A stretch of 64,000 nt of DNA from an uncultured delta proteobacterium (GTDB lineage: Bacteria; Desulfobacterota; RBG-13-43-22): positions 192,001-256,000 of the forward strand of contig CAVUPH010000013.1 of the NCBI GenBank assembly GCA_963743305.1. Direction: 5' to 3'. Positions 18,873-29,792 of this stretch are shown in pieces (position 1 is the stretch's first letter; the number at the start of each line of letters is the position of its first letter). The translations under genes were made by a program, and so were the position numbers. The notes under the pieces were generated by a model that saw nothing but the letters and a program-made list of their open reading frames with translations, searched no databases and was not told the DNA's origin.

Positions 18873-19400
18873 TCAGGGTTTAGGAATGATAACCGGCTGA
18901 TTGGATTCCAGCCTTTGCTGAAACTCTTTCCAAAAAGATTCATCCGCTTTCTGCCAGCCGGCCCCGAAACGGGTGTTGAAAAATCCTCCCAACTTTTCAA
19001 AAAGGCGTTTCCAACCGGGGGCTGATTCGTAGCGGAGCACGTCTTCCAGGAAGGGGACAATTTCACTGAGTTTTTCCTTGGGCACATAGGCCCGGGCGCC
19101 CATTTCGATGGAACGCTTTATGGCTTCGGGAGACAAGGCATGGGCGGTAAGCATAGCCACTGGAAATTTCCGGCTCACGGCCGTTTGAAGCAGATCAAAG
19201 CCCCGGACACCCATGATGTCCAGGACCACCAGATCATAGGTGTAGGATAGCAGATGGTCGATGGCCGATTCATAGGTGCTCGCCTGATGGAGGTTGCAGC
19301 CCCCACAGACTTCCGTGATCTCTTCTTGTAAAACCTCTAAAACGTCCGGTTCATCATCCACCGTCAAAATCATTTTCCCTTTTAAAATCGATTCTTGCAT
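18873..19400 (-). CDS. Response regulator (receiver domain with short aromatic C-terminal tail)
   Basis: VDDEPD, VVLDIMGVRG, MLTAHA, YVPK. Confidence 0.9.
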   Translation of the reverse strand: MQESILKGKMILTVDDEPDVLEVLQEEITEVCGGCNLHQASTYESAIDHLLSYTYDLVVLDIMGVRGFDLLQTAVSRKFPVAMLTAHALSPEAIKRSIEMGARAYVPKEKLSEIVPFLEDVLRYESAPGWKRLFEKLGGFFNTRFGAGWQKADESFWKEFQQRLESNQPVIIPKP

Positions 19401-19573
19401 TGGAATATCCTTTGGTCGTGTTTAATTTGTATAAAAAATCCTTTTGCACTTTTAATCGCTCATTATAATGCTCATCTCCTATCCGGACAACTGGAAAAGT
19501 GTGAACACGAATTTATCCGGCGAACGGAGTTGCTTTGTGGTATAATCGCCTCAGAAAAAATAGAGAGGTCGTT

Positions 19574-19933
19574 ATGGAATGCGCACGTTGTCAAGACCCC
19601 ATCGAATCCGGGGAGGAGAGGGAATACGCCGGCCGGGTCCTCTGTGAAGACTGCTACATGGATGCCCTGTCGCCGGCCAAGACTTGCGATCCCTGGGCGG
19701 TGCACAGCGCCAAATCATTTGCCCAGGCCGGGGGGGCCGCACCGGTCCTCAGTCCCTTGCAAAAACAAATTGTGGAATACTTACAGGAGACCGGCGGCGT
19801 TGAACCTCGGCAGATTTCCGAACGGTTTCAGATCAAGCCGGCCGACCTGGAGCGGGAAATCGCCTCCTTGCGGCATATGGAGAAGATCCGGGGAGAGCTG
19901 CGGGAAGGGCGGAAGATCATCAAGCCCTGGTAG
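19574..19933 (+). CDS. Small Zn-finger (CxxC...CxxC) plus wHTH-like hypothetical protein
   Basis: CARC...LCEDC, CDPWAV, helical C-terminus; GAGG RBS. Confidence 0.65.
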   Translation: MECARCQDPIESGEEREYAGRVLCEDCYMDALSPAKTCDPWAVHSAKSFAQAGGAAPVLSPLQKQIVEYLQETGGVEPRQISERFQIKPADLEREIASLRHMEKIRGELREGRKIIKPW

Positions 19934-20828
19934 CTAATTTTTGGGCCAGGTGGCGCACCCGGGCCTCCAGGTTGATTCGGTAGGCCGGCTCCGGCTGTTT
20001 GGGTTCAGGCCGGGAGTCATATTCGTCGGCTTTGATCCGTTCGACTACCCGCCGGATATCCCCGTCCTCCCTGGTCAGCAGATCAACTACTTGATTTTTG
20101 AATTGAGGAGCCGTCCGGAGCGACCGTTTAAAATAATCCGCCACCTCCGACCCGGTGTAAACCAGGCGGTGGCCTTGGCAAAGAGTGTCCACCTCGAGGG
20201 CCGCCAGCCGGGTCAGGGATTTTAAATAGACCTCATAGTCCACTAAAAACTCGGTGACCACATACCCCGTGGTATCGGCGCAGCCCACCGCTTCGGAAGC
20301 AATCAGGATCTTTCGTTCCGGGATGTAGTAGCTCAGAAAATCCCAGGTATGCCCTGGCGTGGCCATCACCTGGACGGAAAGCCCCGGCCCCAGTTCTATC
20401 CGTTCTCCATCCACCAGGACCCGATCCACCTCGAAGGGCTGAAAGGGTTCGCCCAGGCGCAGTTCCGGTTTCCAGCGGTTGACCGTGTCCGCCGCCGAAT
20501 CATTTAAGTCGGCCATCAGCTTCCGGGCGTTAGGGCGGCGGACAATCTCGGCCGCCCGTTGGGAAGCGGCAATGAGCAACCCGGGGAAGGCTTTTTTTAG
20601 ATAAGCCGCGGCCCCGCAGTGGTCGAAGTGGACATGGGTCAGAAAAAGGATTTCCGGGTTTCTGTTCCCCAGGGTTGCTTTGACGGCCCGTTCATAAAGA
20701 GGGCCGAAGACGCTGAAACCGGCGTCGAACAGAACCGGCCGGTCGCCGTCCAGGAGATAGGTAGGGACCTCGCTGGCCCCGATGACGTAAAAACCCGGGA
20801 CAACCTCACCGGTCGTGTCGATAATCAA
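19920..20828 (-). CDS. MBL-fold metallo-hydrolase
   Basis: THVHFDHCG, TPGHT, QGH. Confidence 0.9.
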   Translation of the reverse strand: MIIDTTGEVVPGFYVIGASEVPTYLLDGDRPVLFDAGFSVFGPLYERAVKATLGNRNPEILFLTHVHFDHCGAAAYLKKAFPGLLIAASQRAAEIVRRPNARKLMADLNDSAADTVNRWKPELRLGEPFQPFEVDRVLVDGERIELGPGLSVQVMATPGHTWDFLSYYIPERKILIASEAVGCADTTGYVVTEFLVDYEVYLKSLTRLAALEVDTLCQGHRLVYTGSEVADYFKRSLRTAPQFKNQVVDLLTREDGDIRRVVERIKADEYDSRPEPKQPEPAYRINLEARVRHLAQKLATRA

Positions 20829-20911
20829 GAAAAGCCTTTCTTAGGTTAAAACAGATAGGCACCTGTTCGTCTCGGTAGTCGCGCTCTGCGCCCAGCGCTT
20901 CGCGCTTCGCG

Positions 20912-21404
20912 TTACCCCACCGGGTCTTTAATCGTGAAGTAGCGGTTGGACATCCAGGCCAGGGGAACGGCTTTTTCATCCACCCGGTAATCGACCGCCT
21001 CGGCCAAATACATGACATATTTCCCGACCGGATAGGAGGTGACCACCCGGCATTCGAGAAAGGCGTAAGAACCCTTGATGCCCGGCGAGGCGATGACTCT
21101 TGATTTCTCCAGGCCGATTTTAAACTTGGCGAATTTATCGACCCGGTTGCCATGCGTCGCACCCAGGGCCTTGGCCAGTTTGACCTGGCCGGCGGAGGCG
21201 ATATTCAGGACAAATTCCGCTGACTCTTCGATCAACTGATAGGTGGTGGAGGACTTGGCCACGCTGACCACAAAATAGGCCGGGTCCTCGGAAACGAACA
21301 TGCAGGTTGCGGTCATGGCATCCTTTTTTCTTTTTGCCGGCAACACTCAGCAGCACCACCGAACAGGGAACCCAACGGGCGACATTAGTCATTTTTTTTT
21401 CCAT
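20912..21404 (-). CDS. Flavin reductase family protein (frameshift in A-run at about 21330)
   Basis: PCSVVLLSV joined to DAMTATCMFVSEDP...EFVLNI...FLECRV. Confidence 0.8.
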
Positions 21405-21414
21405 AGCGGACCTC

Positions 21415-22337
21415 CTATTTTATTAAGCAATACCTGTCTGCATCTTGAACGATCCGTTCTTTTTTTGCAAGCCAATCCAGATGCTTTTTCATAATGGCCC
21501 TTTCCCCGAACTCGAAAAAGGCCCGGGGTTCTCTTGGTTTCCCGTAGACGATCGAGGCGCCCACGATTTCATCCATCGTTTGGGGGGAGGCCAAAAGGTT
21601 TAATAGTTTGCCTTCCCGCTCGTAGATAATATTTTCATAGCTGCTCCCAGAGTGATCCCGGTGAGTGGGTGAACAGGCCGGTTTCGTGACCGGTCAGCCA
21701 AACATCGGCGGAAAGGCCTTTCAGGCGGTTGATGGATTCGATGGTCTGATCGATGTCGGAATACAAATCTCCATACCAGGGACCGAAGGCCGTGAGGTCG
21801 TAATCGCCCATAAAGAGGATTTTAGGTTCCCGGAAATAGAAGGCCAGGTGACCGGGGGTATGGCCCGGGAGTGGGGAGGACTTCGACGGTCAAGGAACCC
21901 AGATCGATGATTTCTCCATCCACAAAATAACCGGCCGGTGTTCGGACTTGATAATGAAACTGTTCTCTCAACATGGCCGCCCAGAAAGCCCGGTATTCAG
22001 GGTTTTTCAGGTCGTACCAGTCCAGGAAGGTTTCGAGGTCCGTCAGCGGAGGGAGGTCCCGCTCGGAGATGCGGAAGGGCACGTCCTCGAAAAGGTCCAG
22101 ATGCATAAAGTGGTCTTCATGCCAGTGGCTGAGCCAGATTTGGCGGACGGGCCTGGTATCCCGCAGCTCAATCAGGGCTTTTCGATCCGAGCCCGGGTCG
22201 ATCAGGATCCCGGCTTCTTCGATATAGACCGAGTTGCAATAGGGATAACGTCCCCGGTTTTCACCTGGAATAAATCGAAGGGGTCCTACTGGTTGACCAG
22301 TCATCACGCGGTTATGTTCCTTTGGTTGCTTCCGCAT
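21415..22337 (-). CDS. MBL-fold metallo-hydrolase (frameshifts at about 21860 and 21655)
   Basis: SHWHEDH; the continuation frame reads TPGHTPGH...GDYDLTAFGPWYGD...TGHE...DRYCLIK. Confidence 0.8.
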
Positions 22338-23182
22338 TAAAGCGCACCGCGGTAATAGGCCAATTGGCGGGCATAGGGGGCAAAGCGGTGAATCAAGTTT
22401 TCCTGTTCACTCGGAGAAAGGGGCTCGAAATCCCGACCGACAGCAGCCAGGGTCTGGACCTCGGCCGGAGTGGAACAACCGACGATGGCCACGGTGATAT
22501 TCTGGGAGAGGGCATAACGGATCAATTCCTCGGCGCTGACCTCCAGACCGGGCTGGAGATAATACCCGGCCCCCAGGACTTTCATGCCGATTACGGCCAG
22601 CCCTTTCTTCCGGGCGGCGGCCAGGGTCGAATCCAGAAAGCCGCCCAGAACCCCCTCCACCGGATTGACCGGCAGCAGGACCGCGTCCACCGGCCAGTTG
22701 CTGACGGCCCGGGTCAGAACGGAGGGATCGTGGTGGCCGGTGACGCCGATGAAGCGGATCAACCCTTGAGCCCGGGCCTCCAGGAAAGCCTCCAAAGCCC
22801 CGCCCGGAGATTCAATTTGTTTTAAATCCTCCTCGGTCCGGACATCGTGGATCTGCCAGAGATCCAGGTAGGAGGTCCCCAGATTGGACAGGGTTTGCTG
22901 CAAATCCTGCCAAGCCCCCTTTCTATCCCGGCTGGCTGATTTGCTGGTTTGAAATACTTTCTCCCGAACCTGAGGGAGGCTTGGCCAGACGGTCCCATAG
23001 TACTTTTCGCTCCCGGCATAGGCCCGGGCCGAGTCAAAATAGGTGATCCCCTGGTCCAAGGCCTCCCGAATCACGGCCTGAGCCTGCGGAGTCCGGCCGT
23101 GGGTCCGGAGGACCCCCTCGCCGCCCAACCCTACCCGGGTTACGGTCTGGCCGGTTTTCCCAAAAAGACTGGTCAGCGTCAT
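22337..23182 (-). CDS. Aldo/keto reductase
   Basis: GITYFDSARAY, TSK, LDLWQIHD, RFIGVTGH, GMKVLG. Confidence 0.9.
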   Translation of the reverse strand: MTLTSLFGKTGQTVTRVGLGGEGVLRTHGRTPQAQAVIREALDQGITYFDSARAYAGSEKYYGTVWPSLPQVREKVFQTSKSASRDRKGAWQDLQQTLSNLGTSYLDLWQIHDVRTEEDLKQIESPGGALEAFLEARAQGLIRFIGVTGHHDPSVLTRAVSNWPVDAVLLPVNPVEGVLGGFLDSTLAAARKKGLAVIGMKVLGAGYYLQPGLEVSAEELIRYALSQNITVAIVGCSTPAEVQTLAAVGRDFEPLSPSEQENLIHRFAPYARQLAYYRGAL

Positions 23183-23185
23183 ATT

Positions 23186-23342
23186 TGATGACCTCGCAAA
23201 AAGTCCAAAAACGACTTTCTGCTCGGCGGGAGAGGGTTTCCCCTCCCCCGCCATTTGAAGTGAATTCAAATGGTACCACCCCTACCCCAGCCCGGCACTT
23301 AATCGTGCGCGGGCTGCTGACGGACTTCTGGCGAGTCCGTCA
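23186..23342. mobile_element. MITE-like element with ~20-bp terminal inverted repeats
   Basis: GATGACCTCGCAAAAAGTCC ... GGACTTCTGGCGAGTCCGTC (15/20 match) with internal hairpins. Confidence 0.6.
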
Positions 23343-23353
23343 TAATTTGCTTT

Positions 23354-23758
23354 TTACTTTTCTGAACCGGGCAAATCAGAGAGATCCACATCCCGGGCAT
23401 CCGTCAAACTTTGTCCGGTTTTTTCATATTCTTCGGCGTCCGGTCGGCAGAGTCGGGTCCAAGGTAGGGCCTGCAACCGCTTGAGCGGGATGGATTGGCC
23501 GCATTCCTCGCAAAGTCCGTACTTGCCGACCTCCATTTTTCTGAGAGCCAATTCAAGGGCTTCGATTTCTCCCCGCTCCCGCGAACCCAGTTGATTAAAA
23601 AGATCGGCCCGTTCGGCCTTCTGGGCCTGTTCTTCCATTTCAACTTGAGGTTCCTGTAAATCCTGCAGTCCGGATTCCAAACCGCGTACCTGATCGAAAA
23701 TTTCCTTGCGTCTCAATAAGAGTTGGTTCCGCAAGCGGGACAGGTCTTGCTCATTCAT
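23354..23758 (-). CDS. TraR/DksA C4-type zinc finger protein
   Basis: Coiled coil followed by YGLCEECGQSIPLKRLQALPWTRLC. Confidence 0.88.
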   Translation of the reverse strand: MNEQDLSRLRNQLLLRRKEIFDQVRGLESGLQDLQEPQVEMEEQAQKAERADLFNQLGSRERGEIEALELALRKMEVGKYGLCEECGQSIPLKRLQALPWTRLCRPDAEEYEKTGQSLTDARDVDLSDLPGSEK

Positions 23759-23866
23759 GGTCGCCCTCCGTAAATTTTTATTGAAAAGAACCGCTAGAGA
23801 GATTTAATATCAAACTTACCAAAGTCTAACCGGGTAGTCAATAAAACGCGCTGGGGGGATGAGAAC

Positions 23867-24706
23867 ATGGAGGGACTGGACCAAGGAAAATGGATAGGTC
23901 TTCTGAAGGCTCTGGGCCTGGATGAAGAACCTCTGGGGATGGTTTATACCGATCGGAAGCCGGAAAAAGGGTTTTCCCCTCGACCCGGCCTGCTCCCCAG
24001 CGCCGAGGCGGAAGCCCGAGGTGCTATTGACTGGGGATCTTTGTTCACCGATTTTTCCTGCGTCATGGGGAACATCTGGCGGGCCAGAAGACAGAAGACC
24101 GCCGCCTATTTCAGCAGCGACCAATTCGGCTGCCTGGGCGGAGCCTTTTATTTGGGCTATTTAAAACCCCAACTGAATTTTATCGCCCATTATGTTTCCT
24201 CCGGTATTCCGAATCAATTGGAAGGGGAGCATTATCTAGAATCCCCGGAGGTCACCCGAAATTTTTTTGAAACCATCGATCCCCGTCCGGCGCCAGCGGC
24301 CTTTTGTGTTTTTAAACCGCTGAGTGAATTCCTGGATACGGAGCAGCCCGAGGTGGTCACCTTTTTTGCCCGCGGCGAAGTCTTGGGCGGCCTAAACCAA
24401 CTGGCCACCTTCGTGACCAACGATTTTGAGGCCGTATCCTCTCCTTTTGGGGCGGGATGCGCCAACGTGGTCACCTGGCCCCTGCGCTATCTGTCCCAAG
24501 GGAAGCTCAAGGCGGTTTTGGGCGGCTGGGATCCATCGGATCGGAAGTTTTTCAAAGCCGACGAGTTGTCTTTTGCCATGCCCTGGGAGATGTTCCGGCG
24601 CATGGTGGATCGCTGGGAGGAGTCCTTTCTAACCACCAAAACCTGGTCGATAGTGAAGAAAAAAATCGCCCGCAGTCGCAAGGTCTGGGGGGAAGACAAA
24701 GGTTAG
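23867..24706 (+). CDS. DUF169 family protein
   Basis: EEPLG, FSCV, FGCLGGAFYLG, FGAGC, DPSDR, LSFAMP. Confidence 0.75.
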   Translation: MEGLDQGKWIGLLKALGLDEEPLGMVYTDRKPEKGFSPRPGLLPSAEAEARGAIDWGSLFTDFSCVMGNIWRARRQKTAAYFSSDQFGCLGGAFYLGYLKPQLNFIAHYVSSGIPNQLEGEHYLESPEVTRNFFETIDPRPAPAAFCVFKPLSEFLDTEQPEVVTFFARGEVLGGLNQLATFVTNDFEAVSSPFGAGCANVVTWPLRYLSQGKLKAVLGGWDPSDRKFFKADELSFAMPWEMFRRMVDRWEESFLTTKTWSIVKKKIARSRKVWGEDKG

Positions 24707-24757
24707 AAGCAAAAGCTAAAAATGGAAAAATACCCGAAAAACAATTGAGTAAAGCCC

Positions 24758-25687
24758 TTGGCTCCCGCGCTTTATAACGAGTATTCCGCCTACTTGAAAA
24801 AAATGTTCGGCTGCCGGGTGCAGAAGATCCCTCTGGATGCCGGGCTAACCTGTCCGAACCGTGACGGGAGCAAGGGGATCGGAGGATGCCTTTACTGCGA
24901 TGCCCGGGGCTCGGGGACCGGAGCGTCTGCCCGGCTGCCCTCCATAACCGACCAGCTTCGTCAGGGGAAGGATTTTTTTGGAAAACGCTACGGGGCCAAG
25001 AAGTTCATCGCCTATTTTCAGTCCTTTTCCAATACCTACGCCCCGCTGGACCTCCTTGAAAAATTGTATCGGGAGGCCTTGGACCAGGAAGGAGTGGTGG
25101 GCTTGGCCGTGGGGACCCGCCCCGACTGTGTTAACCCGGAGGTCCTGGATCTTCTGTCGTCCTATCAAAAGACGCATTTGGTCTGGATGGAATACGGTCT
25201 TCAATCCTTTCATCCGGAGACGCTGCGACGGATCAATCGGGGCCATACGGGGGAGGAATTCGAACAGGCCGTTTTAGAAACCCGAAAAAGGGGGCTGAAT
25301 CTTTGCGTCCATGTGATTCTGGGACTGCCCGGGGAAGGGCTTCCAGAGGTTCTGGAAACGGCCCGCCGCTTATCCGGGCTGGATATTCAGGGCCTTAAAA
25401 TTCATTCGCTCTACATCAACCAGGGCACGGGGCTGGAGGCCTGGTACCGGGATGGCCGTTATCGGCCGCTGACTCAGGTCCAATATGCGGACTGGGCCTG
25501 CCAATTCTTGGAGCTCATCCCCCCGGACTGGATTATTCAGCGCCTGACCGGGGATCCGAATCCCGGGGAACTGGTGGCGCCAATCTGGGCGCTGGAAAAG
25601 AAAAAAACCCTGGAGCTGATCCGGACCTTGTTAGAGAAAAAAGGGGGGTATCAGGGAATTAGATACAAAACCATCGAAAACGGATAA
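24758..25687 (+). CDS. TIGR01212 (YhcC-like) radical SAM protein
   Basis: TCPNRDG...GGCLYC, YFQSFSNTY, GTRPDC, NRGH, QRLTGD. Confidence 0.9.
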   Translation: MAPALYNEYSAYLKKMFGCRVQKIPLDAGLTCPNRDGSKGIGGCLYCDARGSGTGASARLPSITDQLRQGKDFFGKRYGAKKFIAYFQSFSNTYAPLDLLEKLYREALDQEGVVGLAVGTRPDCVNPEVLDLLSSYQKTHLVWMEYGLQSFHPETLRRINRGHTGEEFEQAVLETRKRGLNLCVHVILGLPGEGLPEVLETARRLSGLDIQGLKIHSLYINQGTGLEAWYRDGRYRPLTQVQYADWACQFLELIPPDWIIQRLTGDPNPGELVAPIWALEKKKTLELIRTLLEKKGGYQGIRYKTIENG

Positions 25688-25694
25688 GGGTATT

Positions 25695-26264
25695 ATGAAA
25701 TTATCGAAAACCGGAAGGTCTGAGAAAGACCCCGACACCGTATCTTATGACTCCCGGTTGTTTCCTGCGGTCGGCCGGATTTATGTGGCGGCCACTTATC
25801 GCGGGATATGCCGGATTTCCTTGCCGGCTCACCCGGTGGAGAATTTTTTCAAGACCGTTATCGAAAAATATAATCCTAGTATTTTAATCCAAAACAATAG
25901 GTTGTTTGATAATTTCTATATCCAGCTTGAAGAATATTTATCCGGCCGGCGGGCGCTGTTTTCGATCCCCCTGGACCTACGGGGGACCCCTTTCCAGTCA
26001 GAGGTCTGGGAGGCCCTGGCTCAGATCCCCTATGGGGAGACCCGCAGTTACGGGGAGATTGCCGGACAGATCGGTCGTCCTAAAGCCGTCCGGGCCGTAG
26101 GGCAGGCCAATCATGTCAACCCCGTACCCATCCTTATTCCCTGCCACCGGGTCATCGGGTCTAAGGGGGACCCGGTGGGGTATGGAGGGGGAATCCCGCT
26201 GAAAAATCAATTCCTGGCTTTGGAGAAAAAATTTCGTTGCAACTTTCCTTTCTCCCCGTTATAA
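25695..26264 (+). CDS. ogt: Methylated-DNA--protein-cysteine methyltransferase
   Basis: GTPFQ, IPYGETRSY, RAVG, IPCHRVIG. Confidence 0.92.
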   Translation: MKLSKTGRSEKDPDTVSYDSRLFPAVGRIYVAATYRGICRISLPAHPVENFFKTVIEKYNPSILIQNNRLFDNFYIQLEEYLSGRRALFSIPLDLRGTPFQSEVWEALAQIPYGETRSYGEIAGQIGRPKAVRAVGQANHVNPVPILIPCHRVIGSKGDPVGYGGGIPLKNQFLALEKKFRCNFPFSPL

Positions 26265-26294
26265 TACTACCCATTGTATAACTTATTGCGTTAT

Positions 26295-26310
26295 TGTCTA
26301 TATATAGTAT
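26295..26310 (+). promoter_or_regulatory. NrdR box
   Basis: tgtCTATATATAGtat matches the NrdR core CWATATATWG, upstream of nrdJ. Confidence 0.65.
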
Positions 26311-26487
26311 AGTTACTGCGGTAGTAGCGATAGCGGTATGCTCGCCTTCCCAGCCAACCGGACCGGGGAAGACATTCTTAAAAAAATGCTTAAAACCAAC
26401 AGCCCTCCCAGGGGCCCCGGCGAATATTTTGGTTCAATTTAGCCGTTCGCATTATCTTTGGAAATAAATAGAATTGAGGAGTTTTCT

Positions 26488-28674
26488 ATGGCCACCCGTG
26501 TTTCTAAAATCGTCCTGTCACCCAATGCCCAAATCGTCTTAAACAAACGCTACCTGCGGAAAAACGACAAGGGGCAGGTGATCGAGAAACCGGAGGACAT
26601 GTTTCGCCGGGTAGCCCGGGTGGTGGCCTCGGCCGACGCCCTCTACGGGAAGAAGACCCAGGTTAAGAAGAGCGAGGAAACCTTTTTTCGGATGATGACC
26701 CAGTTGGAGTTTATGCCCAATTCTCCGACCCTGATGAATGCCGGCCGCCAACTGGGACAGCTCTCCGCCTGTTTTGTTCTCCCGGTGGAGGATTCGATTG
26801 ACAGCATCTTTGAGGCCATCAAACAAACGGCCATTATTCATAAAAGCGGCGGAGGGACCGGCTTTTCCTTTTCCAGAATTCGTCCGGAAAAGGATACGGT
26901 CAAATCCACCCACGGCATTTCCAGCGGCCCCATTTCTTTCATGACCGTTTTTGATGTGGCCACCGAGACCATTAAGCAGGGGGGGACCCGGCGGGGGGCC
27001 AACATGGGACTGCTCCGGGTGGACCACCCGGATATTGAAAAGTTTATTGAAGCCAAGCTGCAGACCGACCGCCTGAATAATTTCAATATTTCGGTCCTCA
27101 TCCCGGATGCCTTTATGGAGGCCCTGGAAAAGGATCAGAACTATGACCTGGTCAATCCCCATACCGGTAAGGCCGTTCGCTCCGTTTCCGCCTTGTCCAT
27201 TTTTAACAAGATCGTCCATTCCGCCTGGCGCAGCGGAGAACCGGGAGTGGTGTTTATCGACCGGATCAACCGGGATAACCCGACGCCGCATCTGGGACCC
27301 ATCGAGGCCACCAATCCCTGCGGGGAACAGCCCCTGTTGCCCTACGAGTCCTGCAACCTGGGGTCTCTCAACCTGGCCCGGATGGTGAAAAAGGGCAAAG
27401 TGGATTTCGAAAAGCTGCGCGGCACTATTCAGGAAGGGGTCCATTTTCTGGATAACGTCATTGATGTGAATAAATACCCCCTGCCGGAGATCGAAAAAAT
27501 GACCCGGGGCAATCGTAAAATCGGCCTGGGTTTGATGGGCTTTGCCGATCTGCTGATCCAGGTGGGGGTTCCCTACAACTCGGAGCGGGCCGTGGAACTG
27601 GCCGAGCAGATCATGGAATTCATTCAGACCGAGGCCAGAAAATCTTCGGCCCAATTGGCCCGCGAGCGGGGAAATTTCCCCAATTTCAAGGGAAGCATTT
27701 ATGATCCGGGGCGGAAGGCCAAGGCCTACATGCGCAACGCCACCGCCACCACCCTGGCCCCCACCGGGACCATCAGCATCATTGCCGGGGCCTCCAGCGG
27801 CATTGAACCCTTGTTTGCCGTCTCTTACTATCGAACAGTGCTGGACGGAACCCGAATGGTGGAGGTTAATCCCTATTTCAAAAAAGCGGCCAAGGAGAAG
27901 GGCTTTTACCGGCCCGAACTGATGGAGGAGATTGCCAAAGAAGGCTCCCTCAAGCACCTGGAAGGGATCCCGGAGGAGTTGAAAACCCTGTTTGTCACCT
28001 CCCACGATATCGACCCGGAATGGCATATACGCATCCAGGCGGCTTTTCAGCGGCACACGGACAACGCCGTCTCCAAGACCATCAATTTTCCCGAGGAAGC
28101 CACCCCGGAGGAAGTCAAGACCGCCTATTTGCTGGCCTACCGGGAGGGGTGTAAGGGGGTCACCATCTACCGTTACGGGAGCCGGGAAACCCAGGTGCTG
28201 AATCTGAGCAAGCCGGCGGAAGGCCCGAAGATCAATCCCCGCCCCCGGCCGGACCGGACCAACGGGGTCACGGAACGGATCAACACCGGCTGCGGGAAGC
28301 TGTATGTAACCATCAACGAGGATGAAAAAGGGTATTGCGAGGTCTTCGCCCAGATGGGCAAAACCGGGGGCTGCGCCTCGTCCCAGATCGAGGCCACCGG
28401 CCGATTGATTTCCCTGGCCCTGCGCTCCGGGATCTCCATGGGTTCCGTTATCCGGCAGCTTTCCGGGATCCGCTGCCCCTCTCCGGCCTGGGTCAACGGC
28501 CACCAGGTCCTCTCCTGCCCGGATGCCATCGGCCGGGTGATCGGCAACTACACCCAGATCGAGACCTCCGAAAGCGGATCGCTGATGGGTTCCTGCCCGG
28601 ATTGCGGCGGTCAGGTGGTCCACGAAAACGGCTGTCTGAACTGCCATTCCTGCGGATTTTCCAGGTGCAGTTAA
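26488..28674 (+). CDS. nrdJ: Adenosylcobalamin-dependent ribonucleotide reductase (class II) with TSCPD-type C-terminus
   Basis: [41 protein letters not shown], terminal CxxC pairs. Confidence 0.95.
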   Translation: MATRVSKIVLSPNAQIVLNKRYLRKNDKGQVIEKPEDMFRRVARVVASADALYGKKTQVKKSEETFFRMMTQLEFMPNSPTLMNAGRQLGQLSACFVLPVEDSIDSIFEAIKQTAIIHKSGGGTGFSFSRIRPEKDTVKSTHGISSGPISFMTVFDVATETIKQGGTRRGANMGLLRVDHPDIEKFIEAKLQTDRLNNFNISVLIPDAFMEALEKDQNYDLVNPHTGKAVRSVSALSIFNKIVHSAWRSGEPGVVFIDRINRDNPTPHLGPIEATNPCGEQPLLPYESCNLGSLNLARMVKKGKVDFEKLRGTIQEGVHFLDNVIDVNKYPLPEIEKMTRGNRKIGLGLMGFADLLIQVGVPYNSERAVELAEQIMEFIQTEARKSSAQLARERGNFPNFKGSIYDPGRKAKAYMRNATATTLAPTGTISIIAGASSGIEPLFAVSYYRTVLDGTRMVEVNPYFKKAAKEKGFYRPELMEEIAKEGSLKHLEGIPEELKTLFVTSHDIDPEWHIRIQAAFQRHTDNAVSKTINFPEEATPEEVKTAYLLAYREGCKGVTIYRYGSRETQVLNLSKPAEGPKINPRPRPDRTNGVTERINTGCGKLYVTINEDEKGYCEVFAQMGKTGGCASSQIEATGRLISLALRSGISMGSVIRQLSGIRCPSPAWVNGHQVLSCPDAIGRVIGNYTQIETSESGSLMGSCPDCGGQVVHENGCLNCHSCGFSRCS

Positions 28675-28767
28675 AAACAAACCTCATCGATTGGTTTTTT
28701 CGAATAACGGAACGGAAAAGGAACTAAAGTGGTAAAAGCGGCCCGATCAGGTCTTGAAAAAACGAAT

Positions 28768-29754
28768 TTAGTCTGCCACCACGGGAAAATATATCTTAAA
28801 CCCTTCTGAAGCGATCCCGTCCAGCGCATCCGTCGTTCCAGAAAGTTGCGTCGTCCAGGTTATCCCGGTAGGGGAAGTCTTGATGATACCCAGATCCCCT
28901 ACGGCCACGAAAAGGTTTTTTTGAAAGGTTACCCCAAACAAGTCATTCAGCGTTCCGGAGTTTTGCCCGACCCAAGTGGCGCCATCGGAAGAAGTCAGGA
29001 TGGTTCCGTTGGCTCCTACGGCCACGATTTGATCCTTCTGGGAAGCTACTCCCCATAAAAAGCTATTGGTCCCCGACGTCTGGGGAGTCCAGATCTGACC
29101 ATCGGGCGAGGTCACTATGGTCCCCTGGTCTCCAACAACGACAATCTTTCCACTGCCAAAGGTGACCGCGGACAGGAACTCCACGGTATTCGAGGTTTGA
29201 AGGGTCCAGGTCACCCCATCGGAGGAGGTTAGAATGGTTCCGTTGTTTCCCACGGCCACAAAAAGGCCATTGGCAGACCCGACTCCGAAAAGGGCAGAAG
29301 TGGTCCCCGAGGTCTGCGAAGCCCAGGTCACCGCATCCGGGGAGGTTAAGACGGTTCCGGTCCCCAGGAAATAGTTAAAACCCACTGCCACAAAAATTCC
29401 ATTTCCATAGGTTATCCCAAATAAGGTGCTGTCGGGATCGCCGGAATTCTGGGGGGTCCACGTGATCCCATCCTCGGAAGTTACTATGGTCCCCAGGTCT
29501 CCAACGGCCACGAATTTTCCTTCTCCTCGGGTTACCCGCCATAGTTTTTGTGCGGCATTGGAGGTCCTATCGATCCAGACCTCTCCCGTGTCGGAGGTGA
29601 TAATCTTCGCCGGGTCTGCGGCCGCGTCATCTTCGATCGCTACCAAAAAGGCGGCCTGAACGGGTTCCCGGAGGACAAAGGAACCCAGCAACAGGATCCC
29701 GAGCCAGACCACAAAGGTCTGCCAGCCAAATCTTCTGATGTTTCTCTTAACCAT
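28768..29754 (-). CDS. Secreted beta-propeller protein with TSxDGxTW (BNR-like) repeats, C-terminal KIYFPVVAD
   Basis: Six FVAVG..GTI.TS.DG.TW repeats; signal peptide; GGAGG RBS. Confidence 0.85.
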   Translation of the reverse strand: MVKRNIRRFGWQTFVVWLGILLLGSFVLREPVQAAFLVAIEDDAAADPAKIITSDTGEVWIDRTSNAAQKLWRVTRGEGKFVAVGDLGTIVTSEDGITWTPQNSGDPDSTLFGITYGNGIFVAVGFNYFLGTGTVLTSPDAVTWASQTSGTTSALFGVGSANGLFVAVGNNGTILTSSDGVTWTLQTSNTVEFLSAVTFGSGKIVVVGDQGTIVTSPDGQIWTPQTSGTNSFLWGVASQKDQIVAVGANGTILTSSDGATWVGQNSGTLNDLFGVTFQKNLFVAVGDLGIIKTSPTGITWTTQLSGTTDALDGIASEGFKIYFPVVAD

Positions 29755-29792
29755 GGCGCCTCCCATTGAGAAGGACTTTTGGCCAGTCCGTC

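Noticed and set aside
26315-26457. Possible cobalamin riboswitch upstream of nrdJ
   Set aside because: No convincing B12-box or conserved core; only an NrdR-like box is supported.
26539-28680. 713-aa antisense ORF over nrdJ (also 6528-7700, 10489-11241, 15901-16893)
   Set aside because: Shadow ORFs produced by GC-rich codon bias opposite clearly recognisable genes.
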